A stretch of 54,827 nt of DNA from the NCBI GenBank assembly GCA_943332855.1, contig CALQRA010000004.1, forward strand, positions 1-54,827, given 5' to 3'. Of the stretch, positions 47,390 through 54,827 are shown in pieces. How positions within the stretch are numbered: position 1 is the stretch's first letter; each line of letters starts with the position of its first letter. The stretch is from Candidatus Kuenenia stuttgartensis (GTDB taxonomy: Bacteria > Planctomycetota > Planctomycetia > Pirellulales > UBA1268). A model generated the notes under the pieces. That model was not told where the DNA came from. It was given only the letters and a program-made list of their open reading frames with translations, and searched no databases. Made by a program: the position numbers and the translations under genes.

Positions 47390-48853
47390 TCACGAAGGCT
47401 CGAGTGCCGCCGGAAGGAAGAGGACAAACGTCGCTCCGCCGCCAGGCGTGGCCTCGTGGACGAGATCGCCCCCATGGCTGCGGGCGATGCGGCGCGACAG
47501 CGCCAGGCCGATGCCGTGGCCACCGGAAGCCTTGCCGCTGTGGAAGCGATCGAAGAGCTTCGGAAGCGCGAGCACGGGAACGCCCGGGCCGTAGTCGATC
47601 ACCGCCATCCGGCAACGGGAGGCTCCCTGCGCGAGCGTTACCTCGATCCGATCGCCGGTGGCACCGTGATCGATGGCGTTGGTGAGCAGATTGACGACCA
47701 CCTCCTCGAGGAGGTCGGGATCGCCCCGGATCACCGCGCCGCTCGATGGCGGCACGATCCCAACGCCCCGGTCGCCGGCGTGCCGCTCGACGCGCTCGAT
47801 CGCCGCCGCGACGATCGGCTCGAGGTCGATCGGCCGCAGGCGGGCCGGATCGAGCGCCGCGGTCCGCGAGTAGCAAAGGAGGCTCTCACACACCCCCTCG
47901 ATCCGCCGCGCCAGGCCGTCGATCCGCTTCAGCGCCCCGGCCATCTCGGTGGTGGATTGGGCGCCGCGGCCTTCGGCATCACACTCGAGCAGGATGGCAT
48001 GAACGGGATTGACGAGTTGATGGGCCACATCGGCATTGAAGCGCGACTGGGCCTGACGGATGTCGTCGAGCGTGTCGAGCATGGCGTTGATCGTCCCGGC
48101 GACCTCCGCCACCTCGGCGTCGGAATGGGCGAGGTCGATCCGCTCGTCGAACACGCCGGACCGGATGCGGCGGGCGGTGGCCGCGATCGTGGCCAGAGGG
48201 GAGAAAACTCGGGCCAGCGTCAGCCAGGCGACCGCGAGCACCAGCGGCACCCACGTGACAAACGTCGCCAGCTGATAGAGGGCCTGTTTCCTCGCCGCAG
48301 CCCTCAAGCCCGCCGTCGACGTGCCGGCGATGAGCACCGTGCCATCGGCGCCGGCGATCGCCGCCAGCCGCCACAGGCCGTCGGCCGTCGTCCAAGCGCT
48401 GCCGAGGCGCGACGCCCAGGCGGGATCCCAGGCCACGCCGGGGGGAAGATCGACGGCGTGCACCCTCGTGCCATCCCCCTTCCAGCCCCCGGCAAACCAG
48501 CGAAAGCTGGGGAGATCGATCGGACCGGCCCCGAGGCCAAAAATCGCTGCGATGCCGCGCGGCTCTCCCCCCTCCACCGGATGAATGGTGGGGAGGAGAA
48601 AGCCGTCGTCGCGATGCGGGCTTCCGGCGGGCAGGAGGGGAAGGAGCCGGTCATGAACCTCAAACGCGAACAGGTGCGCGCGGAGCTCGAGATCGACATC
48701 GTGGGCCATGGCCGTCACGGTCGTCGAATAGTGGATGAGGCGGAGGACCACGGCGCCGACGACAAACAGCGCGCCGAAGGTGAGCATGAACCGGCGCCGC
48801 AGCGATGGCCTCTTCTTCTGCCGCGCGGCGGGATCAGCGGGAAGATCGGTCAT
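47390..48853 (-). CDS. Sensor histidine kinase (2 TM, HAMP, HisKA, HATPase)
   Basis: ADVAHQLVNP H-box, NLLTNA, DYGPG, LFDRF, GHGIGL. Confidence 0.93.
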   Translation of the reverse strand: MTDLPADPAARQKKRPSLRRRFMLTFGALFVVGAVVLRLIHYSTTVTAMAHDVDLELRAHLFAFEVHDRLLPLLPAGSPHRDDGFLLPTIHPVEGGEPRGIAAIFGLGAGPIDLPSFRWFAGGWKGDGTRVHAVDLPPGVAWDPAWASRLGSAWTTADGLWRLAAIAGADGTVLIAGTSTAGLRAAARKQALYQLATFVTWVPLVLAVAWLTLARVFSPLATIAATARRIRSGVFDERIDLAHSDAEVAEVAGTINAMLDTLDDIRQAQSRFNADVAHQLVNPVHAILLECDAEGRGAQSTTEMAGALKRIDGLARRIEGVCESLLCYSRTAALDPARLRPIDLEPIVAAAIERVERHAGDRGVGIVPPSSGAVIRGDPDLLEEVVVNLLTNAIDHGATGDRIEVTLAQGASRCRMAVIDYGPGVPVLALPKLFDRFHSGKASGGHGIGLALSRRIARSHGGDLVHEATPGGGATFVLFLPAALEPS

Positions 48854-49521
48854 CCCGCGGCCCCATCGATGATGACGCCCTGGCCGCGCCGGGTCGTGAT
48901 CAGGTCGCGCCCCAGCTTCCGCCGCAGCCGGAGGACGAGCACGTCGACGACATTGCTCACCATCTCCTCGGGAACGTTCTCCCCAGGGTGGATCGCCTCC
49001 TCGAGCATCGCCCGGCTGACGAGCCGGCCGCGGTGGCGCGCGAGGCAGGCGAGGAGGGCGAATTCCTGAGCCGTCAGCGCTACCGGTTCGCCGCCGCGCG
49101 TCGCCGCTCGGGAAGGGAAGTCGATCGTCACTTCGCCGATCGTGGTCGCCGAGGTCACATCCCCGTCGCTTCGCCGCAGCACCGCACGGATGCGCGCCTC
49201 GAGCTCGCGGATCGTGAACGGCTTGACGAGATAGTCATCGGCCCCGAGATCGAGCACCCCGACACGGTCGTCCTCGTGGCACTTCGACGAGACGATGATC
49301 ACCGGCACGGCGCTCGAGCGCCGCAGCGTTGCGAGCACCGCCTCCCCGTCCATCCCCGGCAGCCGGAGATCGAGGACGACCAGATCGACGCCGCCGTCGA
49401 GCGCCTTGGCAAGCCCCGCCGGACCGTCGGCTGCCTCGAGCACCTCGACCCCGGCTGCCCGCAGCCCCTGGGCCACCGCGCAGCGGGCGGAGTCTTCGTC
49501 GTCGATGACGAGCACGCGCAC
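48850..49521 (-). CDS. OmpR/PhoB-family response regulator
   Basis: VLVIDDE, DLVVLDLRLPGMDG, GADDYLVKPF, LTAQEFALL, LRRKL, ITTRRGQG; GTG start at 49521. Confidence 0.93.
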   Translation of the reverse strand: MRVLVIDDEDSARCAVAQGLRAAGVEVLEAADGPAGLAKALDGGVDLVVLDLRLPGMDGEAVLATLRRSSAVPVIIVSSKCHEDDRVGVLDLGADDYLVKPFTIRELEARIRAVLRRSDGDVTSATTIGEVTIDFPSRAATRGGEPVALTAQEFALLACLARHRGRLVSRAMLEEAIHPGENVPEEMVSNVVDVLVLRLRRKLGRDLITTRRGQGVIIDGAAG

Positions 49522-49768
49522 GGGATCATCTCCGACAGGGGAGGGAATTGGGCACGGATCGGGAGGGGCTGCCTGGACTCGCCCCAGACGGGCAGCCTGC
49601 GGCGACATCTCGCCGTTTCTACCACGCCCCGCGGGTTGGTCAGGCCACGGCACGGCAGGAGCCGTCTCGCGGAGGCCGTCATGATCCCCGGCGCTGGGGC
49701 CTCGTCGCGACCTGGCGACCGGCTCCTTCCCCATCGGGGGCGCCCAGGTTTTCGGTAAGCTATCGGGC

Positions 49769-50206
49769 ATGGCCGAACAATTCTTCCGGATTACGAACAC
49801 CGTCGCCCTGCTCGGATGGATCGCGTTGCTGGCGTTCCCCGGCAACAAACGCGTCTCGGGGCTGCTCTGCGCCGTGCTCCTCCCCGGCGCGCTTGCGGCG
49901 GCCTACGCGGCCGTGATCGGCTGGAAGCTGGCCGCGGGGGGACCGTCGCCTGACGAGCTCGGCTCGATCGCCGGGCTGCGGAAGGCTTTCACTGACGACT
50001 GGGTGTTCGCCGCGGCTTGGACCCACTACCTCGTTTTCGACATGGTGGTGGGGGCATGGATCGCCCGCGACGCGGTGCGCCTGCGGATCCCCTGGCCGGT
50101 GCGGAGCGTGTGCCTCGTTCTCACCTTCCTCCTCGGGCCGATCGGCTTCCTCCTCCACCTCGTCGCCCGGGCAATCAAGGCGAGGCAGGTGACGGTCGAT
50201 GACTGA
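49769..50206 (+). CDS. ABA4-like / DUF4281 membrane protein
   Basis: WTHYLVFD..VG.W, LTFLLGPIG motifs. Confidence 0.88.
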   Translation: MAEQFFRITNTVALLGWIALLAFPGNKRVSGLLCAVLLPGALAAAYAAVIGWKLAAGGPSPDELGSIAGLRKAFTDDWVFAAAWTHYLVFDMVVGAWIARDAVRLRIPWPVRSVCLVLTFLLGPIGFLLHLVARAIKARQVTVDD

Positions 50207-51314
50207 CGGCGACTGCCGCGAACACCCCGACTACCTCGCGAAGCAACTGATCACCTGCCTCGGGAACAAGCGGGCGCTGCTGGCGCCGATCGGGGCCGCA
50301 GTCGAGCAGGTCAAACGGCGCCTCGGCCGGGATCGGCTCGCCTGCTTCGACCTCTTCAGCGGTTCGGGGATCGTCTCCCGATTCTTCAAGAGGCATGCGT
50401 CGCACCTGATCGCCAACGACCTCGAAGCCTATGCCGCCGTCGCCAGCCGCTGTTTCCTCACCAACCGCAGCGACGTCGATCCGGCCTCGCTCGCAGACGT
50501 TGTCGCCGACTTCAACGATCGTGCCGCCCGACCAGATGCCCCGAGCGGATTCATCGCGGCGATGTATGCCCCGCGCGACGAGGAAAACATCGAGGCCGAC
50601 GACCGGGTCTTCTACACCCGTGCCAACGCCCGTCGGCTCGACGCCTACCGACAACTCATCGACACGGCGCCTGCCCATCTCCGCGATCTCCTTCTCGCCC
50701 CCCTGATCAGCGAAGCCTCGATCCACGCCAACACCGCCGGCGTCTTCAAGGGCTTCTACAAAAACAGGCAGACGGGGATCGGCCAATTCGGCGGCACCGG
50801 GTCGGATGCGCTCCAGCGGATCCTTGGCCCGATCTGCCTCGAGCCCCCGACCTTGAGCCGCTTCGAATGCCCCTTTGAGGTCTTCCAGGCCGACGCCCAC
50901 GCCGCCGCGATTCAGGCCCGCCCGGTCGATCTGGCCTACCTCGATCCACCGTACAACCAGCATCCCTACGGCTCGAACTATTTTCTCCTCAACCTCCTCG
51001 TGGGATACGAGCGCCCGGAACGCGTCAGCCGCGTCTCGGGGATCCCGGAGGATTGGAACCGCTCAGGTTTCAACGTCAGGGCGGAAGCGGAGTCGAGGCT
51101 CGAAGCCCTCGTCAGGGATCTCCGGGCGACGTTCCTCCTCGTGTCGTTCAACAACGAGGGCTTCATCTCACCGGCCGCAATGCGCCGGATGCTCGCGGAT
51201 CAGGGGCATGTCGAGGAGATCGAGATCCCCTACACCGCCTTCCGCGGCAGCCGGAGCTTCGCCAACCGCTCGACCCAAGTCACCGAGCACCTGTTCCTCG
51301 TCGAGCGGCGTTGA
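50199..51314 (+). CDS. DNA adenine methyltransferase (alpha class, Dam/FokI-like)
   Basis: LGNKR.L, motif I FDLFSGSG, motif IV YLDPPYN, VSFNNEG. Confidence 0.9.
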   Translation: MTDGDCREHPDYLAKQLITCLGNKRALLAPIGAAVEQVKRRLGRDRLACFDLFSGSGIVSRFFKRHASHLIANDLEAYAAVASRCFLTNRSDVDPASLADVVADFNDRAARPDAPSGFIAAMYAPRDEENIEADDRVFYTRANARRLDAYRQLIDTAPAHLRDLLLAPLISEASIHANTAGVFKGFYKNRQTGIGQFGGTGSDALQRILGPICLEPPTLSRFECPFEVFQADAHAAAIQARPVDLAYLDPPYNQHPYGSNYFLLNLLVGYERPERVSRVSGIPEDWNRSGFNVRAEAESRLEALVRDLRATFLLVSFNNEGFISPAAMRRMLADQGHVEEIEIPYTAFRGSRSFANRSTQVTEHLFLVERR

Positions 51315-51354
51315 GCGGGACACCTGGCGGCGGTGGGCGCTCCGCCCACCATCG

Positions 51355-52002
51355 TCAGCTTCCCCAGGAACGATCAGCCTGCTCGCGCCACGCCTTCATC
51401 CACACCCCATGGAGGCGGCGTTCGGTGGCGCTTCCATCAACGAGATAGTCCTCGAGCAGTCGTGCGACGGCCGATTCGCAGGCTCCGCGATCTGCCGCAG
51501 CGGCGGTCCGGCGCGCCTTGACCGTGAGGTTGTCCAGAGGGCCCCAGGAAGTTCGCTTCACCTCAACGGCGCCGAATCCTGTTCCTGCGAGGAGTTGCCG
51601 CAGCGATGACGGCGTCCAGCCCTCCCAATGCACCGCCCACGACGCCTCGTGAGAGCCATGCAGATGGCGCAGTGCCGTCCGTCGCTCGCGCCGTCCCTTC
51701 CACCACGAGAGCGCACGCCTGGCGGCCCGTTCAAAATCGGGCACCTCGATCCAGAGCAGCCCCCCCGGCTCGAGCCACGAACCCCAGGCTGCCACCAAGG
51801 CCATCGCCTGCGGGCGGGGGAAATGCTCGAAGACATGATGCAACCGGACTTCCTCAACCGAGGCAAGCGAATAGCGCAAAGCCGTGATGTCGGCGTAGAG
51901 ATCGGCCACGCGTTCGGTCTGTACCGTGTGCTCGCTGGCCGGAAAATCGACGTTGAGATAGCCATCAAACCGGTACTGCCCACAACCAAGATGAAGCTTC
52001 AT
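51355..52002 (-). CDS. SAM-dependent methyltransferase (glycan-cluster type)
   Basis: KLHLGCG, GYLNVD, HVFEHF, LEPGG.L.IEVPD; ATGA coupling with the upstream gene. Confidence 0.85.
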   Translation of the reverse strand: MKLHLGCGQYRFDGYLNVDFPASEHTVQTERVADLYADITALRYSLASVEEVRLHHVFEHFPRPQAMALVAAWGSWLEPGGLLWIEVPDFERAARRALSWWKGRRERRTALRHLHGSHEASWAVHWEGWTPSSLRQLLAGTGFGAVEVKRTSWGPLDNLTVKARRTAAAADRGACESAVARLLEDYLVDGSATERRLHGVWMKAWREQADRSWGS

Positions 52003-53420
52003 TGCCATCCTCCGAGCCATCGTGGAAGCCGCGACCTCACTGCCTGGACGAGCGTGCGCGGAAAGAGTGGCCTGGCGGGGAGGGTTTCAAACCAGGTCGT
52101 CTCGCGCTTCTCGTAGAGGCGGTGGCGCGCCGCCGCGGGCAAGCGTTCGGTCCACGGCTCTACGAGCCGGGCAGCCTGGGCCGAGAAGCCCGTCTCCTTC
52201 GATTGGCGGACCCAATAACTCTCGTGGCCCCAGCGATGGCGGTAGCCGAGGCCGGGGAGAATCCCCAGACGAGCGCCCGTCGCCGCCTGCCTGAGGCCGA
52301 AGCCCCAGGCGTCGAGGGCACCGGCATCTTCCGGGTAACCGCCAGCCTGCTCCCAGGACCGGCGCGTGAAGAGGTAATTACCACTGGCGCCCGGCACTTC
52401 ATGGCGATCAAGGTAATCGGTGAAGCCGTACGCCCGATCCTCGTACACCCAGCGGTGGGTCACCTCGGCAGGCGACTCCCTGAAATAGCGAAGCTCCTGG
52501 AACGCCGCCACGTCCCAGCCCCCTTCGAGCAGAAAGGCCTTGAGCGGCGCCACGGTGCCGGGTTCGAGCAGGTTGTCGGAATCGAGACAGAACAGAAGCG
52601 GATGCTTCGCGGTCTTCACGGCCGTGTTACGGGCCGCACCGCCCCCCCGATTGCGTTCGTGGCGCACCACCTTCAATGCCGGCAGTTCTGCTTGAAGGCT
52701 CTCGAGAAGCGCGGCCGACCCGTCGGTGGAGCCGTCGTCGCAGACCACGATCTCATCGCCAGGGGCCAGATTGCCCTCGGCAATGCTCAGGAGCGACGCG
52801 CGGAGCGTCTTCTCGGCGTTGTAGACCGGCATCACGAAACTGATGCTGGTGCCCCCCTTCACCACCCACCAGACGTGGTCGCCGGCATGGGTCACCTGCC
52901 ACCCCAGGCGACCAAAGAACTCGTCGACGGCCCGTTGAACCCCAGGGAACTGTGGGTGTTCGTAGTCGTGCCCAGAGAAGAGGCCCCCTTCACGCACCAT
53001 GCCGAACCAGACACCGAGATCGCGATTCACCCCTTCGTAGGAATGGTCGGCGTCGATATAGACGAAGTCGAGGAGGCCATCGATCTGCGGGATCGCACCG
53101 TCGGACGTCTCCCGGAGGTGACGGTAGCGGCCGCCGAAACGCGCGAGCCGATCGAGCGTCCGCTGGTGGAGGGTGTCGAACGCGGCCTGAGGAAGATTCA
53201 TCGGGTCGTCGTAACCGCGCTGATGCCTGTAGGGATCGACCCCGTAGAGCATCTCCACCCCGGTGCCATCCAGGATCGCCTCGCAGTGGCCACCGAAGGC
53301 GACGCCGACTTCCGCCCCGCGCTTCAATCCGAGCCTCTTCACCAGGGCCGGCAGATGGACGTACGACGATTGCCAACTCGGTTCGTGCAGGTCGTGCTTC
53401 CGCGTGACAAGGTCGTTCAT
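51999..53420 (-). CDS. Fusion: class I SAM methyltransferase (Methyltransf_24-like) + GT2 glycosyltransferase
   Basis: N-half GAEVGVAFG, DFVYIDADHSYE, GHDY; C-half ISFVMPVYN, DDGSTD, NRGGGAARN, LDSD. Confidence 0.88.
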   Translation of the reverse strand: MNDLVTRKHDLHEPSWQSSYVHLPALVKRLGLKRGAEVGVAFGGHCEAILDGTGVEMLYGVDPYRHQRGYDDPMNLPQAAFDTLHQRTLDRLARFGGRYRHLRETSDGAIPQIDGLLDFVYIDADHSYEGVNRDLGVWFGMVREGGLFSGHDYEHPQFPGVQRAVDEFFGRLGWQVTHAGDHVWWVVKGGTSISFVMPVYNAEKTLRASLLSIAEGNLAPGDEIVVCDDGSTDGSAALLESLQAELPALKVVRHERNRGGGAARNTAVKTAKHPLLFCLDSDNLLEPGTVAPLKAFLLEGGWDVAAFQELRYFRESPAEVTHRWVYEDRAYGFTDYLDRHEVPGASGNYLFTRRSWEQAGGYPEDAGALDAWGFGLRQAATGARLGILPGLGYRHRWGHESYWVRQSKETGFSAQAARLVEPWTERLPAAARHRLYEKRETTWFETLPARPLFPRTLVQAVRSRLPRWLGGWQ

Positions 53421-53899
53421 TGTTCAACGTTCAACTGCCACTCACTCCAGCCGTTCGATCCGCAGCCGCTGGATCACGGCCCCGGCGACTGCCCGCAATC
53501 ATGCGCGTACCCAAGCAGCATACAGGCCCCCCCAACATCTCCCGCCACCGTCTCGAGGCCCGCACCGGGGTCTAGCATCTCAGGCCCGGGGTGTCTCCAC
53601 ATGGGCCTTAGCACGGGTGCGCCACCCCCACCCCACCCATCTTCTCCACAGCCCCAAAAGGTCTGCCCGCACGCCGAGCGGTCATCACCATGGTGCGAGA
53701 GAGCCTTCACCGATCTGGTGAAAGGGCCGTTTTGATCGGGAAAAACAATGTTTTCTCGCCATTCCTTCCCGTGGCTGATGACCGTCTCACCTTTTCGGTG
53801 ACGGGCATGGTGGTGAGGCCGATGGGGCCTGCCCGGCGGGGCGATCGACATTCGGCCTGAAAACAGGCTCTTTTGGAATTTCTGGAGCTTTCGTCACGA

Positions 53900-53916
53900 T
53901 TGGCACGGGCCGTGCA
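53900..53916 (+). promoter_or_regulatory. Sigma-54 (-24/-12) promoter
   Basis: TTGGCACG-GGCC-GTGCA: GG at 53902-53903 and GC at 53914-53915 with exact 10-nt spacing. Confidence 0.7.
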
Positions 53917-53988
53917 TCTCTTTCTTTCAGTCCCAAAGGAGACCGGTGATCAACCGGCTCCTGATCGTTGGGGCTGGAGGGTTTCGAG

Positions 53989-54540
53989 ATGGCCGTAGCC
54001 TTGGACTTCGACGCGGTGCTGGTGCCAGTGGCACCCCGCCAGTGCGACGTCACGGTGGCCCGGGCCGTCAGCATGCGTCCCTTCGGCACCTTCCGCTCCT
54101 CCGCTGCGGTGTCGCTCAACTGCCTGGTGGTGACTGGCAACGACTCGCTGCGTCGCCGCCTCGACGCGGCCGCCGACCTCGGTGGCTGGTCGACGATCGC
54201 CGCTCCGGCCACGCTCGCCTCAGCCCGCCTCCACTCCCACCAACTGGTGGTCATCGATCTGGTCTCGCCGCTGGGTGGCGACCGCACCGCGGTGGAATCG
54301 CTCGCCCGCAAGTTCGCCAGCCGCCCCGACACGCTCCTGGTCGTCTGTGGCGGCGAGTCGAGCGGCTCGGACGAGGCTTGGTCGCGTGCCCAGGGCGCTT
54401 TCGTCCACATCCCCGGTGTTTCGTCGGGGGATTCGCTCGTGTCGGTGTTCATCGAGGCCCGCCTGGTTTCGGAGCGTCGCTCCGCTGCCGAGTCGCGGGG
54501 TGAAGTTGGTTCGTCGTCCGCCATGGGCGTGCGTGGTTAA
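53989..54540 (+). CDS. Hypothetical protein with degenerate receiver-like domain
   Basis: GGAGG SD; CLVVTGND..R, QLVVIDL, LLVVCG, E.W.RAQGA..HIP pattern. Confidence 0.6.
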   Translation: MAVALDFDAVLVPVAPRQCDVTVARAVSMRPFGTFRSSAAVSLNCLVVTGNDSLRRRLDAAADLGGWSTIAAPATLASARLHSHQLVVIDLVSPLGGDRTAVESLARKFASRPDTLLVVCGGESSGSDEAWSRAQGAFVHIPGVSSGDSLVSVFIEARLVSERRSAAESRGEVGSSSAMGVRG

Positions 54541-54652
54541 GGGTTTGTCCATCTCGATTGCTGCCAGGCCCCGCATCCGGGGCCGACTCACAAAGGATCC
54601 GCTCGTGAACGCAACCACCGTGATCAGCTGCTTCGAAGAGATTGATGGCGGG

Positions 54653-54827
54653 ATGGACTGCCGCAGCAACAAATCACCCACGTGGGGCACTGGCGCCGGA
54701 GCCCGGCTTGCCAACCTGCGTGCCTTCGCCGGGGCCGTCGCCCTGGTGGTTTTCGCCCTCCTGTCGCCGGCTTCGGCTGACAACTTCACCTGGCAGCCGG
54801 TGGGGAGCATCGGGAACGCCCCGAACA
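54653..54827 (+). CDS. 5' part of a secreted protein (truncated by window end), possibly SUMF1/FGE-like
   Basis: My translation: MDCRSNKSPTWGTGAGARLANLRAFAGAVALVVFALLSPASA|DNFTWQPVGSIGNAPN; signal peptide then a W..VG..GNA segment. Confidence 0.55.
   Translation, partial: MDCRSNKSPTWGTGAGARLANLRAFAGAVALVVFALLSPASADNFTWQPVGSIGNAPN

Noticed and set aside
53474-53851. 125-aa minus-strand ORF
   Set aside because: No motifs and atypical composition; region more likely a divergent regulatory spacer
41653-54827. Integrative element or prophage at tRNA-Gly
   Set aside because: No integrase or phage genes, and I could not find a second copy of the tRNA 3' end in the window; accessory character is only suggestive

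Overview
High-GC bacterial chromosomal segment with strong Planctomycetota (Pirellulales-like) signatures: a DUF1559 pilin-like gene, a DUF1549/DUF1553 + DUF1501 pair, and an LEPR-XLL-type export motif on a chitinase. The first ~41.6 kb is mostly housekeeping and phylum-typical genes (fmt-def, pgpA, M20 and M16 peptidases, scpB, CCA-adding enzyme, MnmE-like GTPase, bcp, rpsA, uppP, sigma-54 activator, dedA, apbE), plus a 113-triplet collagen-like protein and a Cys/His-rich secreted protein behind a structured leader. After tRNA-Gly(CCC) at 41653-41725 the content is accessory-like. It includes an HTH + AbiEii-like nucleotidyltransferase pair with a palindromic operator and a leaderless promoter, a multidomain GH18 chitinase preceded by four 11-bp-phased boxes and an OmpR-type two-component system, an orphan adenine methylase, and glycan methyltransferase/GT2 genes. 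A perfect 36-bp duplication of the DUF1559 gene's 3' end suggests allele or cassette replacement. No integrase, transposase, cas gene, CRISPR array or rRNA was found. All product calls come from motif recognition by eye, not database searches, and start codons are my best picks within the supplied ORFs.
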